Below are positions 55,344-64,000 of a DNA stretch of 64,000 bases, piece by piece; position 1 is the first letter of the stretch, and each line of letters begins with the position of its first letter. The position numbers were made by a program, and so were the translations under genes. Under the pieces are notes generated by a model. That model saw only the letters and a list, made by a program, of their open reading frames with translations, was not told where the DNA came from and ran no database searches. This DNA is from Candidatus Latescibacterota bacterium. Its GTDB lineage: Bacteria; Latescibacterota; UBA2968; UBA8231. The DNA is taken from contig OZ253462.1 in NCBI GenBank assembly GCA_965261395.1, positions 2,624,001-2,688,000 of the forward strand, in the 5' to 3' direction.

Positions 55344-57698
55344 TTACTTCTCCTGCATCCGCACCGGCGACGCCGCTAGCCCATCGGTCTTTATCACCTC
55401 GCCGCTTTTATCAACCTGACCAAATTCCAGCACGCCCGTCGGACACGACTGCACACACGCGCTACAGCGCACGCATTCCGGGTCGGCCATGGGCAGCCCC
55501 TTGTTGGCGAAGTTCATAACGTCGATGCCTTGGTGGCACACCGAGGTGCAGACATTACAGGAGATGCACTTTTTCTTGTCGGCGAGGATGCGGAAGCGGC
55601 TGAAGCGCGCGTAGATGTGCATCAGGGCCGCCAGCGGGCAGGCGAAGCGGCACCACACCCGGCCGCTGAACCAGAAATAGGCACCGTAGCCCACTACGCC
55701 CGCCAGCATCAGGTCAATGGCCCATTTGTAGTTGATCTGGATGCCTAAGACCTGCCAGCCGTAGAGCATGCCCTCGTACAGCCCGCGCACCCATTGACCC
55801 AAGCTCGTGTCCGGCCACACCCAGCTCGCGATCCTCCCTAGGAGCATCACCACGCACAGGAAGAGGATCACTTGGCCGATGATGTTCATCTTGTTCCAGA
55901 AGGCCCCGTGCGGCATCTTGTGCCGCTGCGTGTCGCCCAAGGTCTCGGCGAGTGCACCGCAGGAACAGATCCAGCCGCAATAGGCTCCCTTGCCCCAGAA
56001 GTAGATGAGCAGCGGGATCGCCACAAACGTCTGTACCGCGCCGATGACTAGCCACCACCACAGCGGCTCGCCGCTGAAGACGTTCCACACAAAGAGCGGC
56101 CAAGCCAGCACCAGCCCAAAAGCTCGCCAGTACTCGCGCCCGTGGTCGTAATTGACCACCGGGAAGAGTCCGTCGGCCACCGTCTTGGCCCAACCCGAAT
56201 CGAAAAACCCGTTGTGCCCCAAATAGGGGAGGACGATGTACGGCAGGAGAAAGAGCGGGACAATCTGCACCGCCCCTAGCGAAAAGGTCTGCCACTTGAC
56301 GTAAGGGGTGCGCCGCTGCGCGATGCGCCGATAGCCGAAGACGACGATCAAGAGCGTATAGAGTACGCTGTACCAGAAACCGGGCTTGCCGAGGTTGAAG
56401 GTCAGAATGCCCAAGAGCGTTGACAGGTCCGCCGCCTGAGCCGAGAGGCCGTGCATCCATTCGGGCAAGTTGAAGGGGAAGAGTTGTCCGTCCTTGAAGA
56501 CCTTGGTCAGCGCGCCGCCGGCCTTCCAGTTATAGACGAAAAAGCAAAAGGCCATGAAGAGTCCAAAGCCCCACCACTGCTTGCTCTTCATTTCGCCGCT
56601 TATTTCGACGCCTGAACGGCGAAAAAAATCGAGCGGTGCCTCGCGGCCGATCATCGCGAACACCGCGTCGTTGGGCAGGCTCTGTTCCTCGCCCTCGGCG
56701 TCTTTGAGCGCGACCTCGTCTTCCGCGATGCTCAGCACTTGGCTGGCCATCAGTAGGCGGATCGAGCCGGCTTTGCGGCCCTCCTCCATGAAGTGGCCGC
56801 TGCTGGTTGTCACCCGCTCCGAGGATGGCGTATCCACGGCCACATCGGCCATCGGATCGGCTGCCAACTTTTCTAACTTCTCGACGTTGTCTGGCTTGGG
56901 CCGCGAGAATTCGGGCTTGCGATACGAGATGGTCACTCGCCCGCCGCACTGGGCAATGGCGATGGCTGTCTCCAAGGCGCTGTCGCCGCCGCCGACCACC
57001 AACACGTCCTTGTCGCAGAAGTCAACCGGATCGTGCAGGCGGTTGAACACTTTGTCCGTATCCTCGCCCGGCACCCCCAGCTTGCGAAAGTTACCCGAGC
57101 GCCCGATGCCGACGATCACGCGGCGGGCCTTGATATTCTCTTGGCCCGGGATCTCCAATTCAAAGAGGTCTCCCTGCCTTTTTACCTGCTCGACGCGTGC
57201 CCTAGTCGGCTCAATGCCTTGGGTGAGCGTTTGTTCATTCAGCTCCTCGATCAGCGGTTCCTTAACCTCGGCGGTAAAGCGGATCTGCCCGGCTGGCTCC
57301 ATCTCGGTGGGATAGGTGTAAATGGGCTTTCCTTTGGGAAAATTGACCAGCGTAGAAAACGGCTCGGTCGCCTCCAAAAGCACAAACGACAACCCGGCCT
57401 CCCGCGCCTCCAAGGCCGCGGACATGCCGGAAACGCCCGCGCCGACAATCGCCAAGTCCAAGACATCCTCCCGCCCCTTGCTGCGCTGGAATGCCTCGTC
57501 GGCCGCGATGTGCTGCACGGCCCGCGCGCCCGTATCGGCCGAGAACTTCAACAGCGGGATCCCGGTCAAGTCGCCGACGATGTACAGCCCGGGGACATTG
57601 CTCTGCCCGTGCTCATCCACCCGCGGCAACTTCTCCACCACGCCGGCCGGCCACCGCAGGTGTAACCAGTGCAGATAGCGACTGAGAAAATTGCTCAT
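55344..57698 (-). CDS. FAD/NAD(P)H oxidoreductase fused to a NapH/YccM-like membrane 4Fe-4S module
   Basis: GAGVSG, GGGDSA; several TM helices; CGWICSCG, CRFACP, CISCNVCTSVC, CVRCSACVQSCP. Confidence 0.85.
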   Translation of the reverse strand: MSNFLSRYLHWLHLRWPAGVVEKLPRVDEHGQSNVPGLYIVGDLTGIPLLKFSADTGARAVQHIAADEAFQRSKGREDVLDLAIVGAGVSGMSAALEAREAGLSFVLLEATEPFSTLVNFPKGKPIYTYPTEMEPAGQIRFTAEVKEPLIEELNEQTLTQGIEPTRARVEQVKRQGDLFELEIPGQENIKARRVIVGIGRSGNFRKLGVPGEDTDKVFNRLHDPVDFCDKDVLVVGGGDSALETAIAIAQCGGRVTISYRKPEFSRPKPDNVEKLEKLAADPMADVAVDTPSSERVTTSSGHFMEEGRKAGSIRLLMASQVLSIAEDEVALKDAEGEEQSLPNDAVFAMIGREAPLDFFRRSGVEISGEMKSKQWWGFGLFMAFCFFVYNWKAGGALTKVFKDGQLFPFNLPEWMHGLSAQAADLSTLLGILTFNLGKPGFWYSVLYTLLIVVFGYRRIAQRRTPYVKWQTFSLGAVQIVPLFLLPYIVLPYLGHNGFFDSGWAKTVADGLFPVVNYDHGREYWRAFGLVLAWPLFVWNVFSGEPLWWWLVIGAVQTFVAIPLLIYFWGKGAYCGWICSCGALAETLGDTQRHKMPHGAFWNKMNIIGQVILFLCVVMLLGRIASWVWPDTSLGQWVRGLYEGMLYGWQVLGIQINYKWAIDLMLAGVVGYGAYFWFSGRVWCRFACPLAALMHIYARFSRFRILADKKKCISCNVCTSVCHQGIDVMNFANKGLPMADPECVRCSACVQSCPTGVLEFGQVDKSGEVIKTDGLAASPVRMQEK

Positions 57699-57730
57699 GT
57701 CATCTCTCCCTAAGTTTGGTTGTGCTCTGG

Positions 57731-59176
57731 TCAGCGCACCAAGACCATACCCCGAGTTTGGACAAAACCGGCCGCTGGTGCTTCCAACCGGTATAAGTAC
57801 GCGCCACTGGCCACTTGCTGCCCGGCGTCGTCGCGCCCGTCCCAGGGCTGCAAGTATAGCCCGGCCGCTTGGTGCTCGTCCACCAGCAAGCGCACCCGCT
57901 GCCCAGCCGCGTTGAACACGCCGAGCCGCACCAGCCCGGCCGCTGGCAACTCGTACTGGATCAGCGTCTGAGCGTTGAACGGGTTGGGAAAATTTTGCCG
58001 CAGGGCAAAGTCCGCAGGCACGGCGTCAAAGGCTTCGACGGCCGTTGCGGCTTGCTCGATGTCCTCTGGGCTGAGAATTCCCTCGCCCGGCTGCCAGACC
58101 TCAGTATCGGGCCAATAGGCGGTCCAGGCAAACCACATGGCGTTATAGGCGGGAACTTGCGCTAACCGCTGCCCCGCGAGCGGCCCCGCGACAGCTTCTC
58201 CGAGCATGTTCCAGCGCGAACCCGTTTCCGCATCCATGAATTCCACCGGCAGCGGCCCCTCGGACTCTACTCCGTAAAAGCTCAATGGTGTGCCGTCGAG
58301 CTGGCTGAAATAGGCCAAGGCCGTGCGCGACGCGGCGTCGAATAGGATGACTACGGGATCGTCGCCGACGAGATCGTTGATCACCTCCCCGTCGGGCATC
58401 AGCGCGAAGGGGTAGGCTTTGGTCTGGTCGCCACGGCACAAGCCCAACACTAGATCCTTGGTTTCAAAGCGGTGGTCGAATGCGCCGCTGTTGGTCGTGG
58501 GTGAGAAAATCAGGTACTCATGGCTGGTGCGATAATCGCCGTAGGGATAGAAGGTATATTGATCTTCATTGTAAGCTGGTCGCGAGTTATAACGCGCCCA
58601 GCCCGTGGTGGCTTGTACCACGGTGGTGCTTGGGTACATCCGCTGCCACAGCGCCCAAGTCGTCTCCACCACGGGCATTAGCTCTAGGCGATCGCCGGCC
58701 CGATCGCCGTTGATGGCCGTGTAAATCATCTGCGGGTAGAGCGTTTCGCCGTCGCGCCGATCGTACATGACCAAGTTGCTGTTGATCAGCAGACCGGAGA
58801 CCCCGAACTCGATTTGCGAGCCGTCGCCATCCGTGGCGTTGAAGACTTGGCCGGTACCGGTAAGCGGGCACAAAGACACTACGACCGACTGATCGCCGAT
58901 GCGGTCGTTGATGATCTCGTTCCACCAGCCAATGTTGTGCGGATAGGCCCGTGGTTCGCCGTTGATGACGATCCCCATGACCACGTCGTCTTCCGCTAGG
59001 TAGCCAATTTCGTCCGGTGCCACGAAAGTGGGATTGGTCAGGGCCGGAATGCCGTCTTTGGGCACCCCACCAGAGACGAGGTGGCTAGTGAGAAAGCCCG
59101 GCTCGTCGTAGCGGCCAGCCTCAGCCGGATAGATCGCCACCAGCAGCAGCAAAGCAGACAGATAGCCATGTCGCAT
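57731..59176 (-). CDS. Secreted DUF3179 protein with C-terminal FlgD-Ig-like domain
   Basis: GG.PKDGIPAL..P, EI.ND, CPLTG, FGVSG.L.NSNL.MYDR, WFAW; QNFPNPFN...WDGRD..G..VASG.YLY. Confidence 0.88.
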   Translation of the reverse strand: MRHGYLSALLLLVAIYPAEAGRYDEPGFLTSHLVSGGVPKDGIPALTNPTFVAPDEIGYLAEDDVVMGIVINGEPRAYPHNIGWWNEIINDRIGDQSVVVSLCPLTGTGQVFNATDGDGSQIEFGVSGLLINSNLVMYDRRDGETLYPQMIYTAINGDRAGDRLELMPVVETTWALWQRMYPSTTVVQATTGWARYNSRPAYNEDQYTFYPYGDYRTSHEYLIFSPTTNSGAFDHRFETKDLVLGLCRGDQTKAYPFALMPDGEVINDLVGDDPVVILFDAASRTALAYFSQLDGTPLSFYGVESEGPLPVEFMDAETGSRWNMLGEAVAGPLAGQRLAQVPAYNAMWFAWTAYWPDTEVWQPGEGILSPEDIEQAATAVEAFDAVPADFALRQNFPNPFNAQTLIQYELPAAGLVRLGVFNAAGQRVRLLVDEHQAAGLYLQPWDGRDDAGQQVASGAYLYRLEAPAAGFVQTRGMVLVR

Positions 59177-59199
59177 CAGATGCTCCTTTCGCTCAGCTT

Positions 59200-61227
59200 C
59201 TACGAGCCAGCGCGTTGGCGTTCGCGCGGTTTTCTTCCATACCGCTCCCGCAAGACCCGTCGCATCACCTTGTTCGACGCGGTCCGCGGCAGCAATTCCA
59301 CTACTACCACTTCGTGAATCTTGAAGAGCGGGTTGAGTTCCCGGCGGATCACCTGCTGCATCGCTTCTTGCAAGCGGTCGCCGGCATCCTCTAGCACAGC
59401 GAAGACCACCAGCAGGCTCGGCCCGCCGCCCGGCGGCGACGCTGCAATCGCCGCGGTCTCGACCACGCCCGGCATCGCATTCAAGACGCGTTCGATCTCC
59501 GCTGAACTTACCTTAATTCCGCCTAGGTTCATCGCGTCGTCAGCGCGGCCGTGGACCCGATAGATGCCCGGAGCCAGCCGCTCGACTTGGTCGCCGTGGC
59601 GGCGCAGTGGCGTCCCGTCCCGCTTGGGCACGCCCGCATAATACACTTCGCGGTGGTCGCGGTTGAGCACCCGAGTTGACATTCCAATGGCGGGCGGCAC
59701 CAGAAAAACCTCGCCGCTTGTGCACTCCTGCCCGTCTTCGTCTAAAATTGCCAAGTCCGTCCCCAGCGTCGCCGAATTAAAGGTTGCGGGTACGACCGGT
59801 TCGACTAGCGTGCTGAGCAAGTAGCCGCCTGCCAATTCGGTGCCGCCACAGTATTCGAGTATCGGTCGATACCCCGCCAGCGCCATCAGATAGTGCATGT
59901 CCTCGGGATTGGAGCACTCCCCGGTGGTACTGAAAGCTCGAATCGCCGAAAAGTCGATTCCCTCCATGCAGCCCGTGCTGCGCCAAGTCCGCACCATGCT
60001 CGGAATGACGCCGAGCATGGTAATACCAGCCGCCTGCACAAACTCCCCAAAGTCTCGCTCCGTCGCCTTCCCATAGTAGAGCGCCATGGTCGCCCGGTTC
60101 AAAAAGGCGGCGTAAATAAGCCACGGCCCCATCATCCAGCCCAAATTGGTCGGCCAAGCCACCACATCGCCCGGGTGGACATCCTGGTGATAATGCGCAT
60201 CTGCGCCGCACTTGATCGGATTGACATGGGTCCAGGGCAGGGCCTTGGGGTCGCCGGTAGTCCCCGATGAAAACAGGACATTAGTTGTCTCTTCGGGGTT
60301 GCAGGCCACGGCCGCAAGTGCAGCGTCGGCCTGCAAGAATTCGTCCCAGCTCAGATCCCCCGGGCGCAGCGTCTCCGTCAACCCCTCCACACGTCCCGGC
60401 AATACAATCGCCAACGGAGCCTCTGCGGCGACCAAGCGCGAGTACAGCGGCAACTCGCGCCCACCACGCAAAATCACGTCTTGGGTAAAAACGGCCTTGG
60501 CCTCGCCAATCCGCAGCCGGGCGGCGATCTGGGGGGCGGCGAAGCTATCGGCGATGGCCACCACCGCGCAACCGGCCTTGATGATCCCTAGATAGATCGC
60601 CACCGACTCGGCCGTCATCGGCATGGCCACGGCAATCTGGTCGCCGGGACCAAATCCCAACGCACACAACCCGCCGGCAACCCGGTCGCACAGGGCTTCT
60701 AAAGCGCCAAAACTCATCCGCTCAAGTCGGCCTCCCTCGCGCTGGAAGACAATGGCCGTCTGATCGGCAGGGGACTGAAAGCAACTCTCGGCGATGTTCA
60801 TCTCGGCCCCGACAAACCACTTGGGTGCTTCGATTCCTTGGGAGAGATCGAGCAGCCGCGTGTATGGCTTGCGGAAGCGGATTCCCAAGCGAGCGACCGT
60901 CCGCTCCCAAAACGCCTCTCGTTCTGCAATCGACCACGCAAAAAGCGCGGTGTGCGAATCCAGACCGAGTTCGCGCCGCAGCGCCGTTATATGCGCGTGC
61001 TCAATGTCTGCTAACTCGGGAAAAAACACCGGGCCACCCGCGTTGCCGTAAATTTCCCGATAGAGCAATTGGTGCAGTGCGAAGGGATGATCCGGCCTCA
61101 GAATGCAGCGGGCCGCCTCCCGCCAGCGCGCTTCCGGCGTGCCAGAGAGGGCTTCGACTTGGGCGAGGAGCTTGGCAGCCTCTGGCTCGCCTACCTCGCA
61201 GCCGATAATGTCTGCGCGTTGGATCAT
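59200..61227 (-). CDS. AMP-binding acyl-CoA synthetase resembling plant AAE17/18
   Basis: [52 protein letters not shown]; ATGA-coupled to the upstream gene. Confidence 0.85.
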   Translation of the reverse strand: MIQRADIIGCEVGEPEAAKLLAQVEALSGTPEARWREAARCILRPDHPFALHQLLYREIYGNAGGPVFFPELADIEHAHITALRRELGLDSHTALFAWSIAEREAFWERTVARLGIRFRKPYTRLLDLSQGIEAPKWFVGAEMNIAESCFQSPADQTAIVFQREGGRLERMSFGALEALCDRVAGGLCALGFGPGDQIAVAMPMTAESVAIYLGIIKAGCAVVAIADSFAAPQIAARLRIGEAKAVFTQDVILRGGRELPLYSRLVAAEAPLAIVLPGRVEGLTETLRPGDLSWDEFLQADAALAAVACNPEETTNVLFSSGTTGDPKALPWTHVNPIKCGADAHYHQDVHPGDVVAWPTNLGWMMGPWLIYAAFLNRATMALYYGKATERDFGEFVQAAGITMLGVIPSMVRTWRSTGCMEGIDFSAIRAFSTTGECSNPEDMHYLMALAGYRPILEYCGGTELAGGYLLSTLVEPVVPATFNSATLGTDLAILDEDGQECTSGEVFLVPPAIGMSTRVLNRDHREVYYAGVPKRDGTPLRRHGDQVERLAPGIYRVHGRADDAMNLGGIKVSSAEIERVLNAMPGVVETAAIAASPPGGGPSLLVVFAVLEDAGDRLQEAMQQVIRRELNPLFKIHEVVVVELLPRTASNKVMRRVLRERYGRKPRERQRAGS

Positions 61228-63545
61228 GGTGCTACGATCACTCGCACGCTCCAGCTCAATTCCGTCGGCGGAAGGCAACGGGTCTCGTCACAGGCCTGAT
61301 ACTGGACCAAGAACCGCACATCACCTACCGTCCCCGCCGCACTTTTAGGCAGCGACAAATCCGCCCACAGCGCGACCTGATCCTCGTACACTGAGAGCGT
61401 CTCTGCTAGGGCCGGGAAGGCCTGTGATCGGCCGGTGGGATAGCGCACGCGGGCAAAGTCCAGCGGCCAGTCCGCATTGAGCGTCAGCGAGGTGGGAATG
61501 AGCAAGTCGCCCGAGGCCGGGTTGGCGTTGATGTGCCAGCCCGGGCGGATGTCCAGATGCACGGCCACGGCAAAAGCCTCGCCCGCCACAGGCTGTTGCG
61601 CGGGCAGTTCGACCCGCATGGAGACCAGCGAATCCGCTTGGGCGTTCTCTAATGCGGTTGCGAACAGCGACGCTTGCAGATGGCGCTCGACCGCAGCCGC
61701 CAAATGCACTGAGGCCGAGGGCTGCGCCCACATGGCCCCGCCAAAAGCGGATAGGATTTGCGCCGCCCGGCTGAGATAGTGCGCTTGGCCCGTCAGCTCG
61801 GCCAAGTCCAGCAGCGCGTGGGCGGCCACCGCGTTGCCCGAAGGCAGGGCCGAGTCTTGGGCGAATTTGCTCCGCACGATGAGCGCGTTTTCGGCTTCAG
61901 TAAAGAAAAATCCCCCGACCTCTACGTCCCAAAACCGCGCCACCATCTCGGCGCTCAGCTCGCGCGCGGCCTGCAACCACCGCGCTTCGCCGGTCGCCCG
62001 GTACAATGCCGTCAACCCGCGCGCCAAAAACGCATAGTCGTTTAGGTACGCCGCCTGCTGCGAAACCCCCAGCCGATGGACCCTCCACAACCCCCCTTCC
62101 TCGCGCCGCAGGTGCTTCAAAGAGAAATCGGCCGCTCGCTCGGCCGTCCGGCGATATGCGGGATTGCCCAAGACTGCGAAACCCCGCGCGTACGCCTCGA
62201 TCATCATCCCGTTCCAAGCGGTTAGTACCTTGTCGTCGAGGAGGGGATAGGGCCGCTCGGCTCGCGCCGCCAAGACGCGCTGCCGCACGGGTGCCATTTG
62301 CGTTCGCAACTCGGCATCGGCAAACGATGTCTCCACATAGAGGACGCTCCCCTCACCCTCCGGCATGGGGGCCAACCCATAGACGCCCCAAAACAATTCC
62401 GCCTCGCGCCCCAACACGTTCTCCAAGTCCCCCGCAGTCCACAGGTAGTACTTGCCCTCTTCGGCTTCGGTCTCAGCGTCCAAGGCCGAGTAAAAAGCCC
62501 CCTCCGGCCCGGTCATCTCCCGCGCAACAAAGCGAAAAATATCCTCTGCCACCCACCGCCAGCGGTCGTCTCCCGTCAGTTCGTACGCACGCAAGTATAG
62601 CTGCGACAAATGAGCTTGGTTGTAGAGCATCTTCTCGAAGTGCGGCACTTGCCACTCGGCATCCGTGGCGTAGCGGTGAAAGCCACCGCCGATTTGGTCG
62701 TAGATGCCGCCGGCTGCCATTTGCTCCAGCGAGTGCAAAACGATGCGCTGTACTTGGGGATCGGCAAAGCGCTCGGCCGTGGCCATCAGCATCTCCAAGC
62801 GCAGGCTCGGGGGAAATTTGGGTGCCCCCCCGAAGCCGCCGTTAATCGCGTCGTAGCGCCCCTGAATAGCGGCTAGCACCCGCGCTACTAGCAAAGAATC
62901 TGGAGGCACGGCTGCCATCTGCTGCCCGGATTCCAAGTCGCGGATGGCCGCGGTCAAGCGGGCCGCAATTTGCAGCACCTGCTCGCGCTGGTCTTGCCAG
63001 CGCTGGCGCATGAAGTCCAAGACTTGGGGAAAGGAAGGCCGCCCAGGCAAAGGCTCGGGCGGAAAGTACGTGCCGGCGAAAAATGGCTCTTGGCTTGGCG
63101 TCAGAAAAACCGAATTGGGCCAGCCGCCGTGCCGAATCGTTAGCTGGGTCGCCAGCATGTAAATGCGGTCGATGTCGGGCCGCTCCTCCCGATCGACCTT
63201 GATGTTGATAAAACTGGCATTCATCTGCGCCGCGATTTCGGGGTCGGAGAAGACCAGCCGCTCCATTACGTGGCACCAATAGCAGGTCGAGTAGCCGACC
63301 GACAGAAAGATCGGCTTGTCCTCGGCCTTGGCCCGCGCTAGTGCCTCCTCTCCCCAGGGGTACCACTCGACCGGATTGTGCGCGTGCAGCAATAAATACG
63401 GACTCGTCTCCCCCACCAGATGATTGCTGTACTTCCACGATCCATCCGCGTTTTTCAGCGCATCCCCTCCGGCAACTCCCGCGCCAAGGGCCACTGCAAA
63501 GACGCCGAGCCAAAAGCACCGGGATATGGACAAAAGACGCGCCAA
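61224..63545 (-). CDS. YyaL/SPATA20 (DUF255 thioredoxin plus six-hairpin) protein with signal peptide and C-terminal DsbD-N-like domain
   Basis: [39 protein letters not shown]; GWHI.AN and QACD...CLPP. Confidence 0.88.
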   Translation of the reverse strand: MARLLSISRCFWLGVFAVALGAGVAGGDALKNADGSWKYSNHLVGETSPYLLLHAHNPVEWYPWGEEALARAKAEDKPIFLSVGYSTCYWCHVMERLVFSDPEIAAQMNASFINIKVDREERPDIDRIYMLATQLTIRHGGWPNSVFLTPSQEPFFAGTYFPPEPLPGRPSFPQVLDFMRQRWQDQREQVLQIAARLTAAIRDLESGQQMAAVPPDSLLVARVLAAIQGRYDAINGGFGGAPKFPPSLRLEMLMATAERFADPQVQRIVLHSLEQMAAGGIYDQIGGGFHRYATDAEWQVPHFEKMLYNQAHLSQLYLRAYELTGDDRWRWVAEDIFRFVAREMTGPEGAFYSALDAETEAEEGKYYLWTAGDLENVLGREAELFWGVYGLAPMPEGEGSVLYVETSFADAELRTQMAPVRQRVLAARAERPYPLLDDKVLTAWNGMMIEAYARGFAVLGNPAYRRTAERAADFSLKHLRREEGGLWRVHRLGVSQQAAYLNDYAFLARGLTALYRATGEARWLQAARELSAEMVARFWDVEVGGFFFTEAENALIVRSKFAQDSALPSGNAVAAHALLDLAELTGQAHYLSRAAQILSAFGGAMWAQPSASVHLAAAVERHLQASLFATALENAQADSLVSMRVELPAQQPVAGEAFAVAVHLDIRPGWHINANPASGDLLIPTSLTLNADWPLDFARVRYPTGRSQAFPALAETLSVYEDQVALWADLSLPKSAAGTVGDVRFLVQYQACDETRCLPPTELSWSVRVIVAP

Positions 63546-63554
63546 GTAACCCCC

Positions 63555-64000
63555 CTACCCGATCATTTCCCGGGTCGCCTCCACCACGTAATTCACGTCT
63601 TCTCGCTCCACGTGCCGGTTCGCCACCAGCCGCGCCCCGTGCGGCGGCCGCGGATTGCACAACACCCCCCGCGCCTTCCACTTGGCCACTAGATCGGCAG
63701 CCGACCACCCCAAGGCCGCAAAATCCACCTTGAGGATGTTGGTCGGTCGCGGCGGAAAAGTCACCTCGATGCCCTCGATTGCTCCCAACCCCGCGGCCAG
63801 TTCCCGCGCCACCGCGTGATCCTCGGCCAGCCGATCGGTCATCTGCTCTAGGGCCACGATTCCGGCCGCGGCGACGATTCCGGCTTGGCGCATCGCGCCG
63901 CCGAGCCGCTTGCGCATCCGATAGGCCCGATCGACAAAGTCCCTGCTGCCGCACAGCAGCGAGCCAACCGGCGCGCTCAGTCCCTTGGAGACGCAGAACA
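63555..64000 (-). CDS. ltaE: Low-specificity L-threonine aldolase, 3' part (runs off window)
   Basis: [32 protein letters not shown]. Confidence 0.9.
   Translation of the reverse strand, partial: FCVSKGLSAPVGSLLCGSRDFVDRAYRMRKRLGGAMRQAGIVAAAGIVALEQMTDRLAEDHAVARELAAGLGAIEGIEVTFPPRPTNILKVDFAALGWSAADLVAKWKARGVLCNPRPPHGARLVANRHVEREDVNYVVEATREMIG

Noticed and set aside
57731-59176. DUF3179 protein as a selenoprotein
   Set aside because: Motif position is Cys (CPLTG) and the frame has no internal TGA

Overview
GC-rich bacterial chromosomal window. Two proteins with C-terminal FlgD-Ig/'FPNPF' sorting domains, an alpha2-type GlyRS, futalosine-pathway genes and several sulfatases/dehydratases suggest an FCB-related lineage such as Ca. 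Latescibacterota (inference only). Most of the window is housekeeping or catabolic: purM, mqnB/mqnD, hisS, prpBC, purA, serA, engB, clpPX, tig, tRNA-Leu(TAG), glyQS, recO, ftsB, proB/C, hisH/F, carA, aroC, pap, ltaE. Three small, more AT-rich islets with no integrase interrupt it. (1) About 10.9-12.6 kb: Abi_C/HEPN-like gene plus an orphan N6-adenine methyltransferase. (2) About 20.9-27.7 kb: a dead IS4 with perfect 18-bp TIRs, a truncated YafO-like gene, and a co-directional NDT-like protein -> ABC ATPase -> MmeI-type RM trio. (3) About 31.2-32.8 kb: a translationally coupled pair of an atypical PD-(D/E)xK-like protein and a TPR-like/OB-like protein, the best candidate here for an undescribed defence or toxin-antitoxin system. 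Other oddities: three small ORFs missed by the ORF track, a long operator palindrome with a GAAC-N4-GTTC core, a circularly permuted TrxR-like flavoprotein fused to a NapH-like membrane 4Fe-4S module, a histone-H1-like/SWIB protein built on a 15-bp tandem repeat, and an enolase-family enzyme lacking a canonical catalytic Lys. All family calls come from motif recognition by eye; no database search was run.
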